Shown one piece after another: positions 1 to 11,400 of a DNA stretch of 64,000 nucleotides (the first letter of the stretch is position 1; each line of letters begins with the position of its first letter). Both the position numbers and the translations under genes were made by a program. Location of the stretch: NCBI GenBank assembly GCA_014905635.1, contig JABVCE010000023.1, forward strand, positions 124,001-188,000, read 5' to 3'. This DNA is from Scenedesmus sp. PABB004. Its lineage: Eukaryota. The notes under the pieces were generated by a model that saw nothing but the letters and a program-made list of their open reading frames with translations, was not told where the DNA came from and did no database searches.

Positions 1-2094
1 GCGGGCGCGGCGCGGCGGACGCGCGGGCGCGCGGCGCGGCGGCGTGAGCGGGCGGGCGCGAGCGGGGCGCGTGAGCGGCGGCGCAAGCGCGCGGCGCGGC
101 CCGCGCGCGCGCGCGCGCGCCTGCACGGGCGCCTCGGCGTCGCCCGAGCCCGCGGGGTCGCCCTTGAGGTCGTAGCCGCGCAGGCAGAAGAAGCCGCTGC
201 CCACCAGCTGGGCTGCACGGCGGCGGCGGCGCCGCGGCGCGCGGTGTCGCCGCGCGCGCGCCGCGCGCGTCCCCGCGCGACCACCCCTCCCGCGCTGCCG
301 CCGCCGCGCTGCGCCGCCCGCGCACACCCTAGACCCGCCGCACCGTTGCGCGCGCCAAAGTCGAGCCAGTCGCTCGCGCTCTTCATGCACAGCCCATCCA
401 TGGTCGCGTCGGCGGCGCTGCTGTTGGTGTTGAACTCCTTCATGAGGAAGCACTTCTTGCCGGTCTGGCCAAAGCCGGCGCAGGCGCTCGAGAGCGCGTT
501 GCACGCGACCGCGCACGCGGTCACGCCCTCGTCGCCGGCGGGGACCTCCTTCTGGCTGTGGATCTTGCCGCCGACGTTGTACTGCCGCAGGCAGTAGTAC
601 CGCACCGCCTGCTGCACGACCGCGTCGTCGACCGCGGGCTCGGGCTGGGGGTTGTCCGCGAGCGCGTCGCTCACGTTGCGCGGCCGCGGCGCGTCGCCGG
701 CCGCGGCCGCGGGCGCGGCCGCGGCGGCAGGCGCGGGCGCCGCCGCATCCGCCGCCGCCGCGGCCGGGTCCGCCTCCGCGGGCGCCGCCGCGGCCGCCGC
801 GCCGGCGGGGAGCTTGTCGACCAGGTTGAAGACCACCTTTGCGGTGATCACCTGGTCCGCCTCGGGCTGCAGGCTCGCGACGCTGTTCACCTCGGCCGTG
901 CCCTTGAGCATGGTCACCTGCACGTTGAGCGTGTGCTTGCCCTGCGCGGCCGCGAGAACGCGGGCGCGCACGGCGTCGGCGGGCGGCGTCGGCGGGCGGC
1001 GCCGGGGAGCAGCCGCCGCCGGGGCTGCTCGCGCAGCCCCTCCCTCCCTCCCTCGGTCCGCGCGGCGCAGCCCGCGGCCCGCGCGGCCGGTGCCGGCGCC
1101 GCACCGGCGCGAGCGTGTCGAGCGTGGTGAGGCTGATGTAGGGCGGGCCGGCCAGCGGCATGGTCGCCTTCTTGTCGATGCCGCCGTCGATGTTGTACGT
1201 CACGTCGTACCCCGCCGGCGCCGCGACGGTGGTCAGGCACGTCGCGAGCAGCTGCTTCCCGCCGCCGCCGCCGCCGCCGAGGGGGCGAGCGCGGCGCCGC
1301 CGAAGCCGGCGCCGCCGGCCCAGCCGAGCGCGGCGCCGAGCAGCGCGCCGCCCGCCTGCGCCAGGCGGCGGCGCCCCGCCTTGCCGGGCAGGCAGTCGGC
1401 GGGCACGCACTCGCGCTTGCTGAACAGCGGGTGCTCCGGCTGCACGTACAGCTTGGGCGTGGGCTTGGCCGCGAGCGTGACGGTGTTGAGCGAGCTCGTG
1501 TCCTCGTTGCCCGCCGCCACCTGCGCCTTGCGCGTCCACGCGTCGGGCACGTTGGCGGTGTCCGGGGGGAAAAAGTTGACGGTCAGCGCGGGGCACGCTG
1601 CGTGCGCCGCGCGGCACGCCGCTGCGGGGCGCCGGCGGCGGCGGCGGCGGCGGCGGGCGGGCGGCGGTTGGCGCACGTGCCGCGCCGCGCGCCTGCTGCT
1701 GCCGCCGGCGCCGCGGGCAGGCGCGCCGCGCCCTGCGCTGTGCCCCCCGGCGTGGTGGGGGGACGGTGGGCTGCGCCCGGCCGCGCGCGGTCGCGGCGTC
1801 ACCGGCCGTGCGCCGCTGCTGCTGCTGCGCGGTGCGCGGCGCCGCCGGCTCGCGCCGCGGCCGCCGCCGGCACGCAGCCCCCGAAAGCTGGACTGCCAGG
1901 TCGGGCTGCATCTGGCTGCCCCGCGATGGCCGCTGGCGCCGGGCTGCGTGCGCTCGGGCCCCCCTGCCGCCCGGTGTGTCGCGCCGCGCCGCTCGCCAGC
2001 GACGCCTGGCCTCGCGCACGCCGGGCTCACACTCACCGAGCAGCGCCAGCGCCAGCAGCGGCGCGGCCCGAGCGCGGCCTGTTGTTTGCCGCAT
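1..2094 (-). CDS. Secreted protein with PAN/apple-like Cys-rich repeats (3' end lies outside the window)
   Basis: ATG 2094; signal peptide MRQTTGRARAAPLLALALL/AACRAAHA. Exons ~2094-2037, 1621-1105 (frame change near 1281), 941-~344, ~210-121. YYCLRQYNVGG...TACAVACNALSSACAGFGQTGKKCFLMK has PAN-type Cys spacing; a second repeat starts GFFCLRGYDLKGD. Confidence 0.7.
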   Translation of the reverse strand, partial: MRQTTGRARAAPLLALALLGECEPGVREARRRWRAARRDTPGGRGARAHAARRQRPSRGSQMQPDLAVQLSGAACRRRPRREPAAPRTAQQQQRRTAGDAATARGRAQPTVPPPRRGAQRRARRACPRRRRQQQARGAARAPTAARPPPPPPPPAPRSGVPRGARSVPRADRQLFPPGHRQRARRVDAQGAGGGGQRGHELAQHRHARGQAHAQAVRAAGAPAVQQARVRARRLPARQGGAPPPGAGGRRAARRRARLGRRRRLRRRRARPLGGGGGGGKQLLATCLTTVAAPAGYDVTYNIDGGIDKKATMPLAGPPYISLTTLDTLAPVRRRHRPRGPRAAPRGPREGGRGCASSPGGGCSPAPPADAARRRRARPRSRGRAGQAHAQRAGDHAQGHGRGEQRREPAARGGPGDHRKGGLQPGRQAPRRRGGRGGARGGGPGRGGGGCGGARACRRGRARGRGRRRAAAAQRERRARGQPPARARGRRRGRAAGGAVLLPAAVQRRRQDPQPEGGPRRRRGRDRVRGRVQRALERLRRLWPDRQEVLPHEGVQHQQQRRRRDHGWAVHEERERLARLWRAQRCGGSRVCAGGAARRRQRGRGGRAGTRAARARRHRAPRRRRRRAAQLVGSGFFCLRGYDLKGDPAGSGDAEAPVQARARARGPRRALAPPLTRPARARPLTPPRRAPARPPRRAR

Positions 2095-2468
2095 GGTCCG
2101 GTGTGCGCGCTCAGCTCGACCGCCTCAACAGCTCATGCCGCAGCCGACCGACCCGGCAATCTGGCCGCGCGCGGCCGTCGCTGCTCGGCTGCCGCACGAC
2201 CACAACAGCAGCAACCGTCGGCGGTGGCGGCGGCGGCGCCGCGGCTGGGCCTGTTCGGTCCGGGAGCGGGCTGGGGGGCTTGCCGAGCGCGCTCTCTCGC
2301 CGCACATGACACAGGGCACCGGCGGCGGGGCACCGGCCGCGGTTCTGCCGCTGCGCCCCGGGGCGCGGGGCGCAGAACTCGCGCGCTGCTGAGCCCGCGG
2401 GGCTGGCCGCGCCGCTGGCCGGCGCACGAGTGCCCGAGCCCAGCGAGCGCTGCTCAACTCACGCGCGC

Positions 2469-4185
2469 TCAGTCGAGCTGGTGCACCACAAACTTCAGGT
2501 AGCGCAGCTCGGGGCAGGCCGCGGGGAAGGGGTGGTCCGGCGGCTGCCCGTGCACGCCCAGCACGGTCGCGCAGCGCCGCGCGCGGCCGACCGCGGCGTC
2601 GCAGATGGCGGCAAAGGCCGGGAAGTCCACGTGACTGCTGCAGCTCGCGAGCGCGAGCACGCCGCCGGGCGCCGTCACGGCGGCGGCCTTGGCAAACAGG
2701 CGCTCGTAGCTTGACACCGCCTTGGGCAGCGCGGCTTTGTTGGGCGCGAAGCTGGGCGGGTCGCACACGACGACGTCCCACGCCTCCCTGGCCGACGCCG
2801 CGCGGTCCAGAAAGTCAAACGCGTCGCACGCCACGCCCTCGTGCCGCGCCGGCTGCAGGCCGTTAAGCGCCCAGTTGGCGTCGGCCGCGCGCAGCGCGGC
2901 GTCCGCGATGTCGACCGTCGTGACCGCCGCCGCGCCGGCGAGGCCAGCGTAAACTGAGAACCCTCCTGTGTAGCCAAACAGGTTGAGCACGCGCGCCCCG
3001 CGCCGCGCAAACGGCTGCGCGGCGCGACGCGGCGCGGCGCGGCGCGGCGCGGCGCGGCGCGGCGCGGCGCGGCGTCAGGGCGCCGAGGGCGGGGCTGGCG
3101 CCCGCGCGTGCGCGCATTCGCGCCTGCATGCGATGCCGGTTGTCGCGCTGGTCCAGGAAGAAGCCGGTCTTCTGCCCCGCGACCAGGTCGGCCTCAAACG
3201 CCACGCCGTGCTCCGTGAACCGCACCGGCGCGTCCGGCGGCGGGCCGGACAGCGCGGCGCCGCGGCTCTCCGCGCCCGACCTGGGCGCGTCGGGGGCGCG
3301 GCGCGGCGCGGCACGGGCGTCGGCGCGGCGCGCCGTGCTGCGCGGGCCGCCGCGCGCCCCCGCGCGCCGGGCGCGCGCGCCTGTTCTTCAGGTACACGCG
3401 CTCCAGCCCCGGCAGCGCCGCGCGCAGCCACGCCGCGACGCCGCGCGCGTCGTAGAAGCCCGCCGGCCCCGCGCCGTCGAGCTTGAGCACCGCGCTGCCG
3501 CCGTACACGTCGACGACCAGCCCCGGCAGCTGGTCGCCCTCGCCGTTGACCAGGCGGTAGCCTGGCGGGCCCGGGCGCGGGGGGGGGGGGGAGGGGGGAG
3601 GCGCGGGGCGCGGAGGGGGAGGGCGTGGGGCGGGGAGGGCGGTGAAGGGCGTGGGGAGGCAGGCGGGCGGGCGGGCGCAGCAGCTGCAGGCGGTACGCAG
3701 CGGCCGCGGCGACGCGGGGGCACGGGGCGGCGGCCGCGGCGCGGTGCGGCGCGCCGCGCACCCGTGGTGGGTTCGCCGTCGAAGAGGCGCCGCCGCAGGT
3801 CGAGCGCGCGCGCCAGCCGCGCGTCGACGAGCGCGTCGTCCAGCCGGCGCTCCTTGACCGCGACTGCCCGGAAGGCGAGCTTGCTGCCGGGGTCGTACAG
3901 GCCCTGGCAGGCGCGGCGCGGGGCTCGGCCGGCCTGGCCGCGCGGCCCCGGCGGCGCGGGCGCGAGCCAGCAGCGCCGCGCCGCGCCGCGCACCTTAGCT
4001 ATGATGTCGCCGTCCTTGGTCTTCACGAGCGCGAGGCTGCCCGCCGGCGCCGGCGGCAGCGCCGCGAGCGAGTCGGCGAAGATCCAGGGCGACCCCGCGC
4101 GCAGGCCGGCGACGCGATTCTTTGCGAGCACCAGGTGCACGGGCGGGCCCCGCGCCTGCAGCAGCGCGCCGCCGCCGGCCGCCAT
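2469..4185 (-). CDS. rlmI: RlmI/YccW-family class I SAM-dependent rRNA methyltransferase with PUA-like N-terminus
   Basis: Spliced motifs [75 protein letters not shown]. Four introns, two with GC donors (3380, 3123). Start at ATG 4185 is tentative; an upstream targeting exon is possible. Confidence 0.9.
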
Positions 4186-4751
4186 GCGCCGCGGTGCGGC
4201 GTTCGCCGCCGCCGCCGGCGCCCCCCTGGTGGGACTTGCTGCGCCGGCGCTGGTGCTGTCGGACGGGGTTGCCAGGCCGGGCTGGCGGCGGGCCGGGCGC
4301 GGCTGGCGGCGGCGCGGCGGCAGCGGTGGCGGCACGAGTCGACGTGGCGTGGCTCGCGAGCGGCCGGCGTGTGACGAGGCGGGCTACAGGCCAGCAGGCG
4401 GGACTGACGGGCGGCTTGCCGCAGGCAGCTGGTACGCGTCGCGACGACTGAGCCCTGGCGCCGCCGCCGCTGCTGCGGCAGCCGCAGCTCCTGCCCAGCG
4501 CGCGGCCAGACCGACATCTAGTGAGGCTGCCGCACCGCCTCCCGCCGCGCCCCGTCGGCCGTCGCACAAGCGGCAGCGGCAGCAGCAGCCGCCGGCGCTG
4601 CCGGAGCAAGCGCCGCAGCCCCACTCGACCGCCCGCTCGCCGCCCGTCCCGGGAGCCCGACCGGCGAGGCCCGGGAGCGGCGGCGCTAGCAGCGGCGGCA
4701 GCGGCAGCGGCGAGTGCCGCGCCGGCAGCAGCAGCAGTGAGGGCAGACCCC

Positions 4752-5717
4752 ATGGCGCCGGCAGCGGCGGACCCCGTGGCGGCGGCGCAGGCAGCGGCGG
4801 CGCCGGCGCCAGCGGCAGCGGCGGCGGCGGCGCCAGCGGCGGCGGCGGTCGACGCGCTGATCGACGAGGTGCTCGGCGGCGACTGGAGCGTCCCGGCGCG
4901 GCAGGCGGCGATGGACGACGCGGCGCTGGCCTATTTCGGCGAGCTCCGCGCGCTCGCCGGGGACCGGCTCGATCCCACCACCTCGGCGGGGCTCAACGCC
5001 CTGATGGCGGTGCCACAGGCAGAGAAGGGTGCGCCGCAGGGCAGGAGGAGGGCGGGCTGGCGCGCGCACCCACGCGGCGCGCGCACCCACGCGGAGCCCG
5101 CCCGCCGCCCTCCTGCGCGCGCGCGCGCAGACGCCATCATGGCCCGCACGGACCGCGTCGCCCGCCGCGTGCTGCGGCCGCTCGGGCGCAAGCTGCTCGC
5201 GCTGCAGGGCTTCTCCGACTCGCACGCGGCCGACCCCGCCGCCGTGCGCGCGGCGCTCGAGCGGCCGGCGCTGAGCGCGGAGCAGGAGGCGGAGCTGGAC
5301 GCAGAGATGCAGCGCCTCTTTGCAGAGGCACGCGCGCACACACGCGGCGCGGCGCGGCGCGGCTCCCGCCGCCGCCGCCGCCGACGACGAGCCGCCCGCC
5401 GCTGACGGCGCGCGCGCGCGGCGCGGCCGCAGGTCTATCTGCCCGAGATGCGCGGCGTGCTGGACGACCTGGGCCTGGAGGTGGCCGACCCGGACGCCGC
5501 GTGGGAAGAGTTTGGCCAGGAGGTCATGGCGCGCGCGGCGCCGCCGCCGAAGCCGCCCGTGCGCGCCGCCGCGGTCGCCGTGCCCGCCGCGCTCGCGGGC
5601 GCCGCGGTCGCGCTCGGTGTGAGCACCGCCGCGCGCTGGCTGCGGCGCCGGCGGCGCGCCGCGCGCAGCGGCTCGTGCGGCAGCGTCGCCAGCGACGCGT
5701 CGGCGTACTCGGAGTGA
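4752..5717 (+). CDS. Unknown helical protein with C-terminal hydrophobic segment and Arg-rich tail; may splice on into 6134-7813
   Basis: ATG 4752; exons 4752-5028, 5131-5327 (GC donor 5328), 5433-5717 join in frame. TM-like AVAVPAALAGAAVALGVSTAA followed by RWLRRRRR. Confidence 0.7.
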
Positions 5718-6133
5718 GCCGGGGAGGTTGCTGGCGGCGTGTTACGTTGTGCGCGCGCGGCGGGTGGGGTGCGCCGCCGTCGAGCTCGTAACGCGCCGTG
5801 GTGTCCGCTCTCGAAACAAGAACTCTTCAGGACGGCCGCAAGCGCGCACACGAGCCGAGCAGAGACCCCACACCCCCTAGACACCACCGTCGACCTCACG
5901 GCCCAGCCGGCCCGCAACCTGCGCACGCTCACGCGGTCAGCCGCCGAACCCAGTGTGTGAATTCACTTAAGCAGTGCTCTCGGCACGCGGGAGCGACCAG
6001 CGGAGCACGAGCGAGTCAGCGCGCCGCCATCCTTCGCTCGGTGCCGCCCCCACGGCGCAGACGCCCGTGCGGGTTCGCGCGGGCTCGTGAGCCTTCACTC
6101 AGCCTTTTGAGCAACCACGGAGCCCGCACGCAG

Positions 6134-7813
6134 CTCCTGGCGCGTCGTGACCACGCCCGGCCCCGCGGCGCCGCCTGGCGCGGTGGCGCCGTCGCTGCGG
6201 CCGGCGCGCTCCGCCCAGGGGGAGCTTCCCGCGACGGCGAGCGTGCTGTGGCCGTTCAACCAGCTCAGCGCGGCGGCGCGCGCGGCGGTCGCGGCCGGGC
6301 CGCAGCCTGCCGTGGGGTTCGCCCTGGCCAGCGGCTGGCCTGCACCCGCCGTGGCCTGCAGCTCGGCTGGGCAGCACGCGGCGCCACAGCCGCCGGCGGT
6401 CACCACTGGCACTACCGCGGCGCCAGCGGCACCCGGTGCGAACGGAGCAGAGCAGGGGCAGCTGGTGGGCGGTGACGCGAGCAGCGGCGGCCAGGGCTGG
6501 CAGACGGGCGCCTGCAGCGACGTCGCTGCGGGTGACGGCGGCGGCGCGCGGGCCCAGACCCTGCGCCGCTTTCGACTCAAGCAGAAAACCACGGTGAGCG
6601 AGCGCTGGCACGGCGGCGCGCGGGGCGCCACCGACTCGCCGGCCGACGCACGCCGCCTCGCCGCGCCGCGCCGCCGCAGCTGCACGCGTTGGAGGTTGAG
6701 CGCCAGACCAAGGAGGCGGCCTGCGCGCAGCTGAGCGTGCAGCGAGCGGCGCTGCAGGCAAGGGTGGTGGTGCTCGAGCAGCTGGGCGAGGCGGCCGAGG
6801 CACTCGCGGCCGCACTCGCGGCAGCGCGCCGGCCGCCGCCCGCGGCGGCGGCGCTCCACAGTGAGGCGCCGGCGCTGGCGGCGGTGGCCCTGGCGGGGCG
6901 GCAGCACTCTGCGACCGGCAGCGGCGGTGCCGCGCTGCAGCTTGTCTCGCCGTTTGCAGGCGTGCCAGCCGCCAGCGGGCTGTCAGCTGCCAGCACAGGC
7001 CCCGCCGCGCCGGCCGGCGATCACGCATCGTTCGTCGCCGCACTCGCGCCCCGCCTGGCCGCCTGGCAGCTCCAGCAGCAGCAGCTGCAGCTGGGCGCGC
7101 TGGCCTGGCAGCCGGCAGGCGGCGCGGGCGGCGGCGGGAGCGACCAGGCCCCGCGGGGCATGCCGCCGCTGCTGGCGCTGGCGCAGGAGGATGAGGCGAT
7201 GAGCCGCGCGATCAGCGCGGGCCTCCTGCGGCACCACGCCGCCGCGCTGGCGGGCCCCCTGCCGCTGGCGGACCTCGCGGAGCCCGCCGGCCACGCGGCG
7301 GGCGACGGGCTCTGGGCCGAGCTCGCGCGGCTGGTGCACACCAGGTGAGGCTGCCGAGGGAGCTAGCAACGCCAGCGCCTGCGCTTTGCTGGGCCGTTGA
7401 CCGCTGCGGCAGCGGCCAATCACGCCCCCGCGCCGTGCTGCGCCCCGCGCAGGTGCGAGCCGGAGCTGGTTGAGCGCCTGTGCGTGGCGGACGACCTGTG
7501 GCGCCGCGCCGGCGAGCGCGCCGCCCGCGGCGTGCGCGAGCAGCTGGCCCTCGCGGCGGCGCTGCAGGCGGGCGGCGGCTGGCGCGCGGGGGGCGCGGAG
7601 CTCGACGACAGCCTGGCGGCCGCGCAGCGCGGCCTGCGCGGCGCGGCGACGGCAGCGCGCGTGTGCGAGCTCGCGGTGCTGCGCCTGCTGCCCGGCATGC
7701 TGGCGGCGGAGCTGCTCGTGCGCGCCGCGCCGCGCCGGCTCGACGTGGCGGCGCTGCTCACCGAGCTCGTCGCGCTGCAGAAGGGGCAGCCGCGGCTCGC
7801 GCCGCAGGCTTGA
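6134..7813 (+). CDS. bZIP-like protein exons (basic region, leucine zipper, helical C-terminal region); no AUG of their own upstream of the bZIP
   Basis: Exons to 6593, 6680-7344, 7453-7813 join in frame: RAQTLRRFRLKQKTT/LHALEVERQTKEAACAQLSVQRAALQARVVVLEQL. In-frame stop at 6108; first in-frame ATG at 7160. Confidence 0.6.
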
Positions 7814-8417
7814 CGTGTGGGCGGGCGTGTGCGGTCGACTGGCCTAGGTACTAGCCCCTCTGTTAGCTGCAAGCCGCCCCCCGCCCCCTCTGCGAGCTGC
7901 GCGGCAGCCGCGCCGCCCGGTGCAGGCGCTGTACACGGCACACAGCGACAGCCCACAGCGACACAATCAAATGCTTGAGGTCAGGGCGCCGGACAGGAAA
8001 GCCTGTCAGACCGTGCCGAACGCGCCCGAATCAACCCGCCGCAAGCCGCGGCCCATGCAGGTGCGCGGCACGGCGCGGCGCGGCCGGCCGCCGCGGCGCG
8101 GGGCGCCGTCGTGCGCCGCCGGCAGGCCGTCCGTGCCTGCCTGGTGCAACGCCGGCGGCGGCGCCCACGGGCCCCGCCCCATGCGGTCGACACGCCGTGC
8201 AGCCCGCGGCGGGGGCGCAGCGACGGCGGGGCCACGGCGGCCACGCGCGGCGTCCGGCCCCGCACGGATGGGATAGAGTTTCTGGCTAGCAAAGCCCGGC
8301 GCTGTGCTTCAACACAACCGACCCAGCGAAGCCCCGACACCGCAGGGCGGCGCGCACGCGCAGCTCAGCCGCGTGCCGCCAGGGCCCGCGGCGCCGGTCC
8401 CCGCCCGCGCGCGCAGC

Positions 8418-11400
8418 TCACTGCTGCGCCGCCGGCGCCTCCGCCGGCACGGCGCCCGCCGCGAGCGGCTCCGGGGCCAGCGCCGCGGCGGCGGCGCCGG
8501 CCGCCAGCGCCGCCGCCGCGGCCGCCGCGGCGGGGCGCGCCGCCGCGCCGGCCGCCGCGCTGTCGGCGAGCAGCGTCGCGGGCACCTCCTGCAGCGCGGC
8601 GGTGCCCTCGGTGCCGGGCGCGTCGCCGGACCACGCGCTGTGGTCGGCGAGCGACTCGACGTAGAACGCTCCGTCGGCGGACAGCGCCGCGGGCGTGACC
8701 GGCCCTGCCTGGCTGATGAACCGCACCACGCGGCGCTCGCAGGGGTTCATGCTGAACGCGTTGTCGTCAAAGTGGCCCAGCAGCGGGTGCACCTCGCTCA
8801 GCAGCACGAGCGCGGCGGGGCGCGCCGCCGAGAGCGTGATGTCGGCGGCCTCCGGCCCCACGGGGACGACGTCCTCGATGACCAGCCCCGGCTCGGGGAG
8901 GTCGATGGCCTTGAACGGAGACAGCCAGAGCTGGGAGTAGCTCGGCCCCGCGCCGGGGACGCCCGACGTGCTCGCCGACAGGAAGCAGGTGCTCGGCGTG
9001 CACCCCGGGCGCAGCGCGAACAGCGCGGCGACCGACGACGACCAGACCTTGGACGCAAACAGCCCCGGCACGCGCGCCGCGAGCGACACGACCGTCTGCT
9101 CCGCGACGACCGCGGCCGTGCACGTGTCGGCCGAGTCGTTCAGCGAGACGAGCTGGAGCTTGAGGTCGACCGTCACCGCCGAGGTGAGGTCGGAGACGAC
9201 AAAGATGTCGACCGTGGCGTTGTCCCGGATCGCCTGCACCGCGAGCGGCGCGTACGCGCGCTTCACAGCATAGTGCACGGGCTTGAACCGCCCTGCGCGC
9301 GCGCGGGTTTGCGGACGCGCGGCGAGGGGAGCGCGCGGAGCGGGCGCGGGGGCGTTATTGAGCGCGTGGGCGTTATTGAGCGAGTGGGCGTTGAGGCGCG
9401 CGCGCGCGGGGTGCCGGGGCCCCTGCCCGGCAGCGGAGCGGCAGCGGCGGCGGCGTCGGCGGCGGGCGGCGGCGGCGCCGCACCCGCGACGTCGACGCTG
9501 CTCCAGCTCGCGCCGGCCCAGATGTCGTTCAGCTGCCAGTACATCACGCCCATGGTCAGCGACCTGCGGCGCGGGGCGGGGACGCGCGGCTCGCGCGGGC
9601 GTGTGCGTTTGATTCAGACGAGCGCGGCGAGACGGCGGGCGAGGGTGCGGGCGGCGCAGCAGCCCGCGGCGGCGGGGGCGCTGCGGCGGCGGCGGCGCGG
9701 CGCGCGCACGTGTTGTGGCTGCGCAGGCGGCGCCAGAAGTTGAGCGCGGTCTCGTAGCAGCGCATGTGCTGCATGTGACCGATCCACAGGTAGCTCTGGG
9801 GGGCGGGGGGAGGGCGAAGGCACAGGTTTTAGTGGCGGCACGGGGCGGCGCGGTGCGGCGCGCGCCAGGCGGAGGGAGGGAGCGGGACTGCAGGGCGCCG
9901 CGCGTGCGCGCGCCGCGCGTGCGCGCCTGGAAGCGCTCGAGGCGCTCCGCGGGGTCGTCGGGATTCCAGTCGGCGGGCAGCCTGAAGTGCAGGCCGTATT
10001 GGTGGAGGAACTGGGGCGTCACGTCGGTGCGGCGGTTGCGGAACTCGTTCATCGGGTTGCCCACGCCCCAGTCGTCCTCGGGCCGCATCGACGCCGCGTA
10101 CGTCTCCGGCATCGGGTACGACTGCCACCCTGCGTGCGGCGCGCCGCCGCGCCGCGCGCGCGGGCGCGGCCGCCCGCGGCCCGCGTCGGCGGCGGCGGCG
10201 GCGCAGCGCGGCGTGCGCGCTGCCCTCGCCCTAAACCCTGTTATACATCTTCTTTTTGCGGCGGCTCACCAAACTCGGTGACAAACTTGGCTGTCGGGTA
10301 TGACCTGAAGTCCTCGCAGTCGCTCAGGTAGTCGTAGTGGTGCACGCTGCCGTAGCGCGTGTCGCCGATCCAGCCCCAGCGCAGCACAAAGTCGTCGGGC
10401 GTGTCCACGGCGGGGCCCTTGGTCGGGCTGCTGCTGACAAAGATGTTGCGGGGGTTGACCTGCGCGGGGCGCCGCGGCGACGGGCAGCGCGCGGGTCAGC
10501 GCGGCGCGCGAGCGGGGCAGCACGCGCGGGCGGCAGCGCGCGGGCGGCAGCGGCGGTGGCGGCGTCGGCGCGCCTTTTTGATGGCGTTGCGCAGCGTCAT
10601 GATGTTTGCCATGTAGTCGGAGGTGAACATGTTGCGGTTGGAGCGCACGAGCGTGTTGTTGCCCCACTCGTAGCTCAGCTCCAGCTCGTTGTTGCCGCAC
10701 CACACCGCGACGCTCGGGTGCCAGCTCAGGCGCTCCGCCTGCGCGCGCGCGGCGGCGGCGCGCTCGCGGCGCGTCCCCAGCGCGCCAGGGCGGGCTGCAG
10801 CACCGGCGCGCCGTCGCCGCGCCTGCTGCGTGATCTCCTCGGCCACGTTCTCCAGGAACGCGGGGTTGCGGGGGTAGTGGGACCCCCCGAACATCGCGTC
10901 CTGCCAGATCAGCAGGCCGTTCTCGTCACAGAAATCATAAAACTCCTCCGTCTGCGCGCGTGCGGCGCGGGCGGCGGTGCGGCGGTTCCAGGCGGCGCGG
11001 CGCGCACCAGCTGCGGCAGCCGCGCCGGCTGCCGGCCAGCGGCAGGGCCCCGGCGGCCGCGCGCGCGCCGCGCTGCTGCTGCTGGCGCCGCGCGCGCACG
11101 TGGTAGAGTCCGCCGCCCCACACGCGCAGGAGGTTCTGGTTGCTCTCAACCGCCGCGCGCAGCGTGGAGCGGATGAGCGCGGGCGTGACGTTGGCGGGCA
11201 GCACCGACATGGGGATCACGTTGGCGCCCTGGCGGTGGCGGCGCACGCGTGCGGCGGCGGCGGCGGCGTCAGCGCCGCGCCCTTTTCGCCTGCCCCCGCG
11301 CCAGCGGCTGCGCCTGCGCCACCGGCCCAGCCTCCTCATCCACGAATGGCGCCCGCACCTTCATGAAGATGGGCAGACCGTTGATCCGCAGGTAATAGCT

